A DNA stretch of 64,000 nt from Candidatus Melainabacteria bacterium 17Bon1m. Lineage in GTDB: Bacteria; Cyanobacteriota; Vampirovibrionia; Obscuribacterales; Obscuribacteraceae. The translations under genes were made by a program, and so were the position numbers. The DNA lies in assembly GCA_032128875.1 (NCBI GenBank), contig JAVLKG010000005.1, positions 128,001 through 192,000 of the forward strand, written 5' to 3'. Of the stretch, positions 9,611 through 18,401 are shown one piece after another. The notes beneath the pieces were generated by a model that saw only the letters and a list, made by a program, of their open reading frames with translations, had not been told where the DNA came from and did not search any database. Position 1 is the stretch's first letter, and every line of letters starts with the position of its first letter.

Positions 9611-10756
9611 TCAGAAGGCGCTTTCGGGCACTTCCGGTCCGGTGTACTGGGACAGCGGGCGGAAGAGTTTGTTGTCTTTCAGCTGCTCGATGATGTGCTC
9701 GCCCCAGCCGATGATGCGGCTGGTGCAGAACGTGGAGGAGTAGAGGGTGCGCGGGATGCCGACGTGCTCGAGCGCGACGGCGGTCCAGAACTCTACGTTG
9801 ACACGCAGAGCGCGAGCCGGCTTGCCGGTCGTGAGAGCTTTAGCTTCAGCCTTCGCCTTCAAGGCGGCGAGAATTTCTTCCTCGACCTTGAGCGCCAGAG
9901 TGATGCGCGGACCGTTCTGCTTCTGCGCGACTCCACGCAGGCAGAGCGAGCGCGGGTCGTCGGTGCGATAGACGCGGTGCCCGAAGCCCATGATGCGGCG
10001 ACCGCTAGACAGCTCTTCCTGGACCCAGGAGGCTGCTTTCTCGGGCGCGCCGATGGAATCCAGCATATCGAGAACAGGACCCGGTGCACCGCCGTGCAGA
10101 GGTCCCGAGAGCGTGCCGACGGCCGCCGTGATGGCAGCGCCGACGTCGGCGCCGGTTGACGCCGTGACACGACCGGAGAACGTGGAAGCGTTCAGCCCGT
10201 GGTCGATGGTGAGGATGAGGTAGGTCTCGACGGCGCGCAGGTTGTCGGCCGACGGGCGCTTGCCGGTGACGCCCCAGAGATAACGCTCAGCGTAGCCCTT
10301 GTTGTTGCGCTTGCGCACGGGGGCGCGACCGGTGTGGACGATTTCCACAATCGCCGGCGCCAGCGCCTGCAGCTGCAGAACTTCCTGCTCGACTTCGGCA
10401 ACATCGCGATTCAGCCAAGGCTTGAAGCCGCGGTGGCAGGCGATAGCCGAAATGGCGGTGCGGAAAGCCGACAGCGGTTCGGCGCCGCGAGCCTTCTTGA
10501 CCAGAGCGATTTCGGCTGGGGAGAGCTTGCCCAGTGTCTCAACCTTGGCGCGGAAAGCGGCCAGTTCCGCGGCATTCGGTAGACGTCCTTCGTGTAGAAG
10601 GAACCAGACTTCCTCGATCGTCTTGGACTGCGCGAGAGTGACCGCGTTGTGTCCCGAGAAGATGAGCCGCCCAGCTGCTCCGTCCACATGGCTCAAGCGC
10701 GTTGCGCAGGCGATGACACCTTCCAATCCAGCGGAGAAGGTATTTGGGTTATTCAT
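9611..10756 (-). CDS. Citrate synthase / 2-methylcitrate synthase family
   Basis: GLEGV, DHGLNASTF, GPLHGGA, GFGHRVY..DPR and NVEFW motifs. Confidence 0.93.
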   Translation of the reverse strand: MNNPNTFSAGLEGVIACATRLSHVDGAAGRLIFSGHNAVTLAQSKTIEEVWFLLHEGRLPNAAELAAFRAKVETLGKLSPAEIALVKKARGAEPLSAFRTAISAIACHRGFKPWLNRDVAEVEQEVLQLQALAPAIVEIVHTGRAPVRKRNNKGYAERYLWGVTGKRPSADNLRAVETYLILTIDHGLNASTFSGRVTASTGADVGAAITAAVGTLSGPLHGGAPGPVLDMLDSIGAPEKAASWVQEELSSGRRIMGFGHRVYRTDDPRSLCLRGVAQKQNGPRITLALKVEEEILAALKAKAEAKALTTGKPARALRVNVEFWTAVALEHVGIPRTLYSSTFCTSRIIGWGEHIIEQLKDNKLFRPLSQYTGPEVPESAF

Positions 10757-11218
10757 GTTTGTGCTCCTTGGAGTTCCTCAGTGAGAAACAAAACTTGTAG
10801 GCATCGGTGGATTTCTCCTCAGTCATCTACAAGCTCTTGATAAATCCGCTCGCTAGAAGAACGCGCACAGACCTGTGTGTTCAAACCCGAGGCTGCATAA
10901 GCAGTCTGGATGGAGTCTGAAAACGAAAGTCTAGATTGGGTGCGTTGGGTTGAAAAGCGGGCGGTGGGCAGAAAAGAAACATCATTGGCTATCACAGTCT
11001 CTTTTACGCATTCAAGAAAGTCTGCTTAAAACCGCTAACACTCAGCTATTAGTACGTTAATCATCTAGGGAAGTCGTCAAGATAGAAGAGCTGTATCCGT
11101 GGTGAATAGGCGATTCCAGGAGAATTTGCGATGCCAAGATAGCGCAACTGCGCCGTTGGTTGTCTGTCTTTCGCCAAATCCCGGAGCCCTGACCTGGTTT
11201 TTGTCTTGAGTGAATTGC

Positions 11219-11243
11219 TCCGAAAAATTTCAAATTTTTCCGA
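11219..11243. repeat. Dispersed palindrome family, copy 1 (one mismatch)
   Basis: TCCGAAAAAT-TTCAA-ATTTTTCCGA. Confidence 0.8.
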
Positions 11244-11320
11244 CTAGTCCCGATTTTTCAAAAAGGGCACCCCCCACCCCTGTCTATACTATGACGCGCA
11301 GTAGAGTCAAGGCTCAAAAA

Positions 11321-11362
11321 GAGACAGCGAAGAGTGGCCGGGGGCGGCACCTTCGCTGTCTC
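11321..11362 (-). terminator. Intrinsic terminator closing the minus-strand array
   Basis: GAGACAGCGAAG...CTTCGCTGTCTC followed by TTTTT on the minus strand. Confidence 0.75.
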
Positions 11363-11417
11363 AATTCACAGCTCAGTCGGAGCGCGAGCTATTGGCCGCG
11401 CGCGCTCTTAGACTGGC

Positions 11418-11681
11418 CTAAGCCGGCTGGATGTACCAGTGCAGCTTGCCTCCGTAGATCTTCTTGACCGTGACGGACCAACCTTGCTCTTCAAGGTCGG
11501 CAATCACGAGTTCGCGGACCGCAGGATCCACGTGATCGGAGAAGATCGGCTTGTCACCCTTGTCGCCCTTCTTGCGCTTGGTGAGTTCACCGGCGAGAAG
11601 TTCGAGGACCTTGTCCTTCTTTTCCTCGTTCGGGTTTTTGCCTTCGATGTCGGCGGGCGTGGGGATCTTGCTCTTAGCCAT
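11418..11681 (-). CDS. Hypothetical protein, 87 aa
   Basis: Start set at MAKSKIPTP; codon-biased ORF. Confidence 0.7.
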   Translation of the reverse strand: MAKSKIPTPADIEGKNPNEEKKDKVLELLAGELTKRKKGDKGDKPIFSDHVDPAVRELVIADLEEQGWSVTVKKIYGGKLHWYIQPA

Positions 11682-11789
11682 TTTTTTGTACCTGTTGCTT
11701 TTGGAGCGATTTGCATCAGGCAAACGCTCCGGGAATTGCGGAGGCTGCAAGCAAAAGAAGCACCGTCTACAAGACGATGCAGAGAGAGC

Positions 11790-12470
11790 TTAGCTAGGCT
11801 GGCAGCAGCGCAGACCGGCGACCAGACGGGCGTCGTTGCGCAGTGCGATCAGCGCGGCATGAGCGACAGCGGCTTCGCCAGTCAAGCCAGCAGTCTTGAG
11901 CTGGCGGGCGACCTTGTCCACTTCGGTCAACTTGAAGATGCCGGCGAGCTTCACGGCGGCGGCGTCGACCGCAGCGTCCTTGCCGACAATGGCTTTCACC
12001 TCGTCGATGTAGCCGACGCGCGACTTGTGGGCCGCGGCGACGTCGAACTTGGTGCGGGTCGGGTAGAACGGACCAACCGACTTCTCGTCTTCGGCCGGAG
12101 CCAGAAGCTTGAGAGCCGGTGCCAGATCCGTGCTGCGAGCCAGGGCGCTGATGACGTTGTCGCTGACGGCGAAGTCGCGATAGTTGCCACCGTCGAAGCC
12201 GAGAGTGTCTTTCAGGACCTTCATGTCTTCGGGCTTGACGTTGATGATATGGGCGAACGCGCGAATCGAGAGACGATCGTTGGGACGGGTCTCGCTATAG
12301 CCGGCCTCGGAGAGATTCTCCAGGTAGGCTTCGCTGTAGAAGTCGAGCAAGCTGGTCTCGCCGTCGGCGTCATCGCCGTAGCTCTCGCGCATCTCGTTGG
12401 CGATTGCTTCGATGGCGGCCATGATCGGGAGAGCTTGAGCGGCGAGCGCGGTGTTTTGTCGCTTGGTCAT
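11790..12470 (-). CDS. Hypothetical protein
   Basis: Start set at MTKRQN (RBS AAGGA); strong codon bias. Confidence 0.75.
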   Translation of the reverse strand: MTKRQNTALAAQALPIMAAIEAIANEMRESYGDDADGETSLLDFYSEAYLENLSEAGYSETRPNDRLSIRAFAHIINVKPEDMKVLKDTLGFDGGNYRDFAVSDNVISALARSTDLAPALKLLAPAEDEKSVGPFYPTRTKFDVAAAHKSRVGYIDEVKAIVGKDAAVDAAAVKLAGIFKLTEVDKVARQLKTAGLTGEAAVAHAALIALRNDARLVAGLRCCQPS

Positions 12471-13021
12471 TCTCGGTGTCCTTGTGCTTTTTGGATGCTT
12501 ATCCACCGAACTTTAAGGCAGCTGCGAGGCTGTCAGTTCGGCGGTTGGCGAATACTTCCTTCGTCGCTGCCAGGCGAATCGTCGGCCAGCTCTCCAGGCG
12601 ATGTTCTTCCGGTGAGAAAACTCACTTGAGACAGGAAGAATTTGATACGCGATGGAGTTCGGAGCTGGAAAGTTTTTGTCTGGAAAACGGCGAGAAAGAG
12701 TGAGTGCAGACTAGTAGATTTGCATGCTTGTGTTTTACAGGTTTTGCTTAAATGCAAAGCTATCTTTGACTTTATGAGAAAAGGTCACCGTTGCGAACCT
12801 CGCGCTAGCTATCCCGAAACCCGCCAGAATTGGTCGTTTTCATAAGCGTGGGTTAAAGATTGAGTGCGCTGCGTCGGTTGCTGCTGGTAGTTATTAAATG
12901 ACGTAGTAAAAGGTTTGCGAAAAAAGACTGCACCGTGGATGGTGCCCAATTGCACCATCCACAAATCGAAAACTAGCAGGGAGAAACTCACTTTATTAGT
13001 GCAATTTCTTCCTTCTAGTTC

Positions 13022-13453
13022 TTACTCCGCGGTCGGCGGAGTATAGGCTTCGACCATCCGGCGAGCCTCTGCAATGAGGCGCAGACCTTCATTGTTCCAG
13101 TTGAGAACATAGCCGGGTCCATAGACACGCTGTCCACCGAGATACGGGTAGCCGAGATGCTTGGCGGCGTCAGCAACGAGCGCCGCTACGTTCGTTTTGA
13201 ACTCTTCGCTGGCGCTGCCCAACTTTTCCATGGAGAGCTTCTGCACGGCGATCACCTCGGCGCGAAGCTGGGTGTCAGCCTGTCGTGTTTCGTCGCCGAT
13301 GCGGCGGTTGTCCTTCGCCTGTTCTTTCAGCGTGCTGAAGAGCAGAACGATGCCCACTGCGCCGGCGATCGAGCCGACAGCAATTTGGTTGAATTGGATA
13401 ATGGCGACTGATGCGGCAATGAGAAGTGCCACACTGATAAAGGGTTTGAACAC
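13022..13453 (-). CDS. Hypothetical protein with 2 N-terminal TM helices
   Basis: GTG start at 13453 after AAAGGA. Confidence 0.7.
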   Translation of the reverse strand: MFKPFISVALLIAASVAIIQFNQIAVGSIAGAVGIVLLFSTLKEQAKDNRRIGDETRQADTQLRAEVIAVQKLSMEKLGSASEEFKTNVAALVADAAKHLGYPYLGGQRVYGPGYVLNWNNEGLRLIAEARRMVEAYTPPTAE

Positions 13454-13559
13454 TGTAAAGTCCTTTCCGTTGTTATTGTCGGTTAAGCCTGGAAACAGGC
13501 AAAGGCGGGGGCAGGATGGGAACGACGTCCCCATCCCGCTGTTTGGATGCCGTATGTAA

Positions 13560-14027
13560 TTACATCGGCATGAGCAATAGCCAGGCTACCCAGAAGAGCG
13601 CCACGGCTATGAGGACAGGCAACAGCGAAGCACCTGCCAGCAGTGAGATGAAGATGCCGATTAAGAGCGAGACTCCGCCGGCCGTCAGCAGGTTCGACTT
13701 GATCACGTAATTCTGTTGCAGATGCGGACGGAATTCATACGTCATCATCAGCCAGACTGCTTCGAAAACTACCACCGTGGCTACGACCGGAAGGAAGTAG
13801 ACGCTTAGGAAGTAACACGCGATCAGTCCGCATGTGAGAGCGACAAAGCCCGCTTCGACGAGATGCGATTCGCGAACCCGCAAGTGCACCTTTTCGGAGA
13901 ACTCGCGATATGCGCGGAACGACACGAACTGCGACTGTTGTGGTACCTGGAAAAGTCGCCTTCCCAGGAAAGAGAAGAACGCCACCTCCACGACGAAAGC
14001 GACGCTAAGCCAAAGGATCATTTCCAT
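13560..14027 (-). CDS. Hypothetical membrane protein
   Basis: About 5 hydrophobic segments. Confidence 0.7.
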   Translation of the reverse strand: MEMILWLSVAFVVEVAFFSFLGRRLFQVPQQSQFVSFRAYREFSEKVHLRVRESHLVEAGFVALTCGLIACYFLSVYFLPVVATVVVFEAVWLMMTYEFRPHLQQNYVIKSNLLTAGGVSLLIGIFISLLAGASLLPVLIAVALFWVAWLLLMPM

Positions 14028-14181
14028 TTAAGGAAACCCCTTTTCGTTTTTTTGTGTTGGCGTCAGCCCCTGGGGCTGCGCATGTTAGCCGTCGGACACA
14101 AATACACCGACGCGTGACGAAGTTAGTCGAGAGGATTCAACAGGCGCATCGAAACGCGCCTGCTGCGCCTGGAAGTGCCAG

Positions 14182-14586
14182 CTAGGCTCGGGTGCCAGCA
14201 GTGGCTTCGATCTGATTGACCAGAAGTTGGCGAGCCGAGTTGCGAATGCGCTCGAAGTTGGACTTGGCGATGCTGAGCGCCAGGTTGCGCACCTGGTCCG
14301 GCACGTCGGCGCGGTAGCTGTGCACCACGTCGCGTCCGAAGTTGCCGTAGGCGTCGCGCAGCGAACGCACGAACGCCGCCCATTCGTTGACCAGCGTCTG
14401 GTGCATGAACGGATCGGCAGCGATGGTGGCATCGAGTGGCGAAACGGCCGCTTCAAAGTCGCTGTCTGCCGTCTTGCCTGCCACCGCCGTCTGGAACCAG
14501 TTGAAGAGGTCCGAAGCGTTGGAAAGAAGGAGCACGTGCGAGTCAGCGAGGTTGACGACTTTGGTCTGCTGGGAAGTTGCGGTCAT
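14182..14586 (-). CDS. Hypothetical protein
   Basis: Codon-biased ORF; RBS AAGGA. Confidence 0.7.
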   Translation of the reverse strand: MTATSQQTKVVNLADSHVLLLSNASDLFNWFQTAVAGKTADSDFEAAVSPLDATIAADPFMHQTLVNEWAAFVRSLRDAYGNFGRDVVHSYRADVPDQVRNLALSIAKSNFERIRNSARQLLVNQIEATAGTRA

Positions 14587-14616
14587 TAATCCATCCTTTT
14601 TGAAGTTTGTTGGGTC

Positions 14617-14645
14617 GCTCCGAAAAATCTCGAATTTTTCGGAGC
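14617..14645. repeat. Dispersed palindrome family, copy 2
   Basis: GC-TCCGAAAAAT-CTCGA-ATTTTTCGGA-GC. Confidence 0.85.
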
Positions 14646-14783
14646 ATTGCGTAGATGCGGTAACCGCGCCGCCGTGGCAGGAAGAAGCATTTGCCGTAAG
14701 GCGCTATGCTCGTCATCCTAGCCGCGGCGGCACAGTCTGTTTGAGCACCGAATATGGTGCGCTAGGCAGGGGCGAATGTCCTT

Positions 14784-15521
14784 CTAGACATTGCCGCCGG
14801 TTACGCGGGTAAGAATTTCCGGCAGAGCCTTGTCGGCGCCGCTTGTATGCACCTCTTTGAACGACCAGTGAAACTGACCGGCCGGTGTGACGTTTACCCA
14901 GATTGTCTTCACTCCTGAGTAGAAGCGCTTCTTGATGTCGACGATGCCTTTGACCGGTTGGACCTCAAGCGTCGTTCCCACCACAATCAGCACTCCGCAC
15001 TCTTTCATGAGCTTTCGAGCGGCGGCGACATTGTCGATTTTGACGTTCTCGCCGAAGAGAACCACGTCAGGACGCAAGTGGTGTCCGCACTGAGTGCAGA
15101 CAGGCAGCGCATTCTCATGTGGGTCGTTGTCGGCGTAGGGGACAAGCGTGCACTTGGGATTGGTGCAGCGTGTCATCATAACGTTGCCGTGAAACTCGAT
15201 GACGCCTGTGCTTCCAGCCCGCGTATGCAGACCGTCGACGTTCTGAGTGACGATGTTCAAGCTGTAACCCTCGGGCAGATTTGCTTGCGCTTCTGCCAGA
15301 GCAAGATGGGCGCGGGTCGGCTCGCAGTTTGCGATTTGCTTGCGCATGCCGCCCCAGTGGTCCCAACTGAAGCGCGGGTTCGACTTCAGGGTTTGTGCTT
15401 CCGCTGCCTTGACGATGGCTGCGTCATTCCACAAACCATCAGGACCTCTGTAAGTTCTCAGGCCGGCTGAGGCGGAGATGCCCGCGCCGGAGAACACAAC
15501 GATGTTCTTTGCGTCTCGCAT
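14784..15521 (-). CDS. cobB: NAD-dependent deacylase, Sir2/CobB family
   Basis: GAGISA.AG..TYRG, TQNVDGLH, HG, two Cys pairs, RPDVVLFGE and GTTL.V.P motifs. Confidence 0.92.
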   Translation of the reverse strand: MRDAKNIVVFSGAGISASAGLRTYRGPDGLWNDAAIVKAAEAQTLKSNPRFSWDHWGGMRKQIANCEPTRAHLALAEAQANLPEGYSLNIVTQNVDGLHTRAGSTGVIEFHGNVMMTRCTNPKCTLVPYADNDPHENALPVCTQCGHHLRPDVVLFGENVKIDNVAAARKLMKECGVLIVVGTTLEVQPVKGIVDIKKRFYSGVKTIWVNVTPAGQFHWSFKEVHTSGADKALPEILTRVTGGNV

Positions 15522-15556
15522 GGGAGTCTCCTTTCAGTTTTTGCTTCCGTTCAGCG

Positions 15557-15874
15557 TCAGAAGACGCCGCCGACGAACATCGCCAGAAAGACGAGAACGC
15601 CGATATTGAGAAGCGCGGAGGTGATGGCTGCTCGCTTCACCGAAGGCGTGAGCAAGGCGCAGAAGAGCGCCAAAAGACCGGTGAACGCCAGGCTCGGGAA
15701 GAAGCCGTAGTAGCCGAGGAAAAAGAAGAAGGCGGCGATTCCCTGAACGGAAGCGATTTTGACAGCGCTGGTAATGATGGCGCCGCCGATGAAACTCAGG
15801 CCCGGCAGGCAAATCATGCCCACGGCCCAAGCCACGAAGAACCTTAACAACTTGTCCGAAGTCGCGTTTTCCAT
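15557..15874 (-). CDS. Small membrane protein (paralogue of 16040..16375)
   Basis: Start at MENATSDK; FFVAWAVG...PSLAFTGLLALFC. Confidence 0.7.
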   Translation of the reverse strand: MENATSDKLLRFFVAWAVGMICLPGLSFIGGAIITSAVKIASVQGIAAFFFFLGYYGFFPSLAFTGLLALFCALLTPSVKRAAITSALLNIGVLVFLAMFVGGVF

Positions 15875-16039
15875 CGCGAACACTCCATCTGCTTGATGAT
15901 GCCGATGTGCAACGGAAGCAGATTTACCGCTGCCAAAAATCGAGCCGGTGTGATGATTGAAACTGGCTCCCAATCGGCAATGGGGAAGTCGCAGCGCACT
16001 GAGACTTCCTCATCGCCAGGCACGTTTGGAGTTTCGCCT

Positions 16040-16375
16040 TCAGGCGAAGGCCGCCGGCACAAAGATCAGCAACGGTATTGCCAGGCTGATCAGCCCCGAG
16101 GCGACGACAGCAGTCAGCATCCGATTGGACAGCGTTACGCAGAGCGCGGCGATGACGCCGGTAAAGGCGGCGCTCGGAATGAACAGCAAATCCACAGCCA
16201 GAGCCATGTCCAGCCCGAGTGAGCGGGTTGCCGGCGAGAACGCGGCGAGGAAAAGGACATAGCCAATGATGTATGGCACTATGCACTGGCTGGCGAAACC
16301 GGCAGCCCAAGCCCGGATAAATTTGCCGAAGAAGTCGTAGTTGACGCGGTCGGCGTCATGCGTAGACTTTCGCAT
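16040..16375 (-). CDS. Small membrane protein (paralogue of 15557..15874)
   Basis: FIRAWAAG...PSAAFTGVIAALC. Confidence 0.7.
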   Translation of the reverse strand: MRKSTHDADRVNYDFFGKFIRAWAAGFASQCIVPYIIGYVLFLAAFSPATRSLGLDMALAVDLLFIPSAAFTGVIAALCVTLSNRMLTAVVASGLISLAIPLLIFVPAAFA

Positions 16376-16522
16376 TTTGCAGTGACTTTCTGTTTTTGTT
16401 GGGTTTCCTCTTTGTTTGAAAGCCGGGCAGCGTCCGGCTTTCGGTTTGCAATGCGGTTATGCCTAAGAACTGACAGGCGAACTTGGAATTGTCTGATTCT
16501 CAAATTCGCCTGTCAGTCTCTG

Positions 16523-17248
16523 CTATGTCCGGAACTGCTTGTCCAGCTGTTCGAGCTGAAGCTTGTATGCGGCATCAACGCCCAGATGACCGGCGATGCG
16601 CTCGGCTACGAGTTCGAAGCGGCGTTGAGCCTTCCTCGTTTTCGTGTGCTTCAAGCGTGCCGCGTCTTCGTGGCGCTTCAGCTTCTCTTCGCCAATCTTC
16701 GAGCGCTCTGCGTTGATGGGAGCCCGCATCTGCTTTTGCAGTTCGGGCATCGCAGCTCGAAGAGCCGTGTTTGCGTCATCGACGGCTTGGCGTGCGGAGA
16801 CGACAGCATCCGAATCAGCCGCGGCGCCTGTAGACTGCAGCACTTGCAGCGCTTTTGCGGCAGTCTGGTACGCGTCCTGGTAAGGCTTCATTCCGGCGTC
16901 GTAGACCGAAGCCGAGTCTTTGTTGACTTTGAGCCAGGCGTCGATTTCGCTGCGGATGTCGGCGATTGCCTCGTCGAACTCAGCATCGACACCCTTCACC
17001 TCTTCGATGTAAACGGCGCGAGCCGCTTTCACTACGTCGGCGTCGGCATCGGCTCGCCCGGATTTTGCTTTCTTTCCGCAGTTCTGGCACTTGTCCTTCT
17101 CGACAGCACAGCAGGTGCAGTATTTGAACGCTGAGTAAGTGTCGAGCGTACAGCCCTTGCATTTGTGAGCCGAGGCTTGTAAGGCGTCTACTTTCCTTTC
17201 GCACTCTTGGCAGAGAAAGTGCATTTCGTTGGTCCTCTTTATTTTCAT
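16523..17248 (-). CDS. Protein with an N-terminal 4xCxxC Zn-binding domain (CRIPT-like) and a helical/coiled-coil C-terminus
   Basis: CQEC..CKGC..YCTCCAVEKDKCQNCGKK. Confidence 0.75.
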   Translation of the reverse strand: MKIKRTNEMHFLCQECERKVDALQASAHKCKGCTLDTYSAFKYCTCCAVEKDKCQNCGKKAKSGRADADADVVKAARAVYIEEVKGVDAEFDEAIADIRSEIDAWLKVNKDSASVYDAGMKPYQDAYQTAAKALQVLQSTGAAADSDAVVSARQAVDDANTALRAAMPELQKQMRAPINAERSKIGEEKLKRHEDAARLKHTKTRKAQRRFELVAERIAGHLGVDAAYKLQLEQLDKQFRT

Positions 17249-17327
17249 CAGGTTGGACTCAGCCTTCCTGTCTTTGCCTTTTGGAGATGGACAGCTCAGT
17301 CGCCATCCATCTCCGGTTTGTCGCGAC

Positions 17328-17831
17328 TTACTTGTCGGTCGCCGTGGTCGCAGGGGCGGCAGCCGTAATTGGTGCAGGCTTGGTCGCCCGCACGGTGAGA
17401 ACGACCCGCTTGGACGGGTCGATCAGCGTGCCGACTTCGTGACCCTTGCGCAGTGCGCCGGCTACGACCGAGTCGATGACGGTACGCTTGTACGGCGTCA
17501 CGTCGAGCTGAATCGGCTCCTCGCCGGCTTCTACCAGCAGCGCCTGCACGGACTTGCCGAGATAGCGCGACTGCTTGTGGTGGTCGATGAAGTCATCCAG
17601 CAACTTGGCGAACATCTGCCCGAACCAGGCGCCGAGGAAAACCGCAGCGGCGATGGACAGATCTTTGAGCACGAACCACGAGTAAGCACCCGTGGCGGCG
17701 AGCGCCAGGAAGATGACGATGTAGATGACGGCGCGTTTGGAGCGTCCCCAGTTCGTCCAGTCCAGAAGGAGCAGGAGGAAAGTGACGCCGGCTGCTGCGC
17801 CGAGCGCAATCAGCATTGTGACGGGATCCAT
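17328..17831 (-). CDS. Hypothetical membrane protein (3 TM plus soluble tail)
   Basis: Start at MDPVTM after GAGAGG. Confidence 0.7.
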   Translation of the reverse strand: MDPVTMLIALGAAAGVTFLLLLLDWTNWGRSKRAVIYIVIFLALAATGAYSWFVLKDLSIAAAVFLGAWFGQMFAKLLDDFIDHHKQSRYLGKSVQALLVEAGEEPIQLDVTPYKRTVIDSVVAGALRKGHEVGTLIDPSKRVVLTVRATKPAPITAAAPATTATDK

Positions 17832-17966
17832 GTGGACCTCTCTCTTTGTGTTGCGTTGATGGCGTCGGCATCTCGAGTTTCGCAATCGCGAGCTGACATG
17901 CGACGTCGAGGTATCGCCAACCGGCGATACTCATCGGCGATCGTTGTAAGTGTCCATCCTTCTCGC

Positions 17967-18053
17967 TTAGAGTGCGATCAGAACATAGACAATCATGGCG
18001 AAGGAGAGCCAGAAGAGAATCTGGCCTGCAATCTTGTTTCGCTTCACGGGCAT
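17967..18053 (-). CDS. Possible 28-aa single-TM peptide
   Basis: MPVKRNKIAGQILFWLSFAMIVYVLIAL; GGGG lies just upstream of the ATG. Confidence 0.3.
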   Translation of the reverse strand: MPVKRNKIAGQILFWLSFAMIVYVLIAL

Positions 18054-18401
18054 TTCCCCGATTGCGCGCTGTTTCACTGGCGCGCTTCTGTTATTCGGCG
18101 ATGGCCGGCTACTCTGCGCCATGCAAAGTCCGGCGAAGCGAAGAACGCAGCGAGTTTTTCCGCTGTGCGCTTTCAAACTGCTGCAGGCAGCAGTTGCCAC
18201 CATCCATCGACGTTTTGGTCGATGACGACATTGTCCCTTGCGAGGCAATGACGTCATCGACCAGCCTGCGTCGAGTATCTGTAACTGCGCATGCCAGCCG
18301 CCAGCGACGAAAAGATGTCGTTGGCGGCCCGTCTTTGTCTTGTTCAAGTTTGAACTCTGAACTGATGAACGCTTAGATAAGTTTCGACGCGCGTTTCGAA
18401 C

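Noticed and set aside
14030-14180. attC sites in the ORFan arrays (GACTAAC and GGCTAAC on the minus strand)
   Set aside because: No matching GTTRRRY at a suitable distance, no shared spacer consensus, no intI.
14784-15521. Sir2 as an anti-phage NADase (Thoeris/DSR type)
   Set aside because: It has the Zn-binding cysteines and motifs of ordinary CobB deacylases, with no fused or adjacent TIR, HerA or Argonaute partner.
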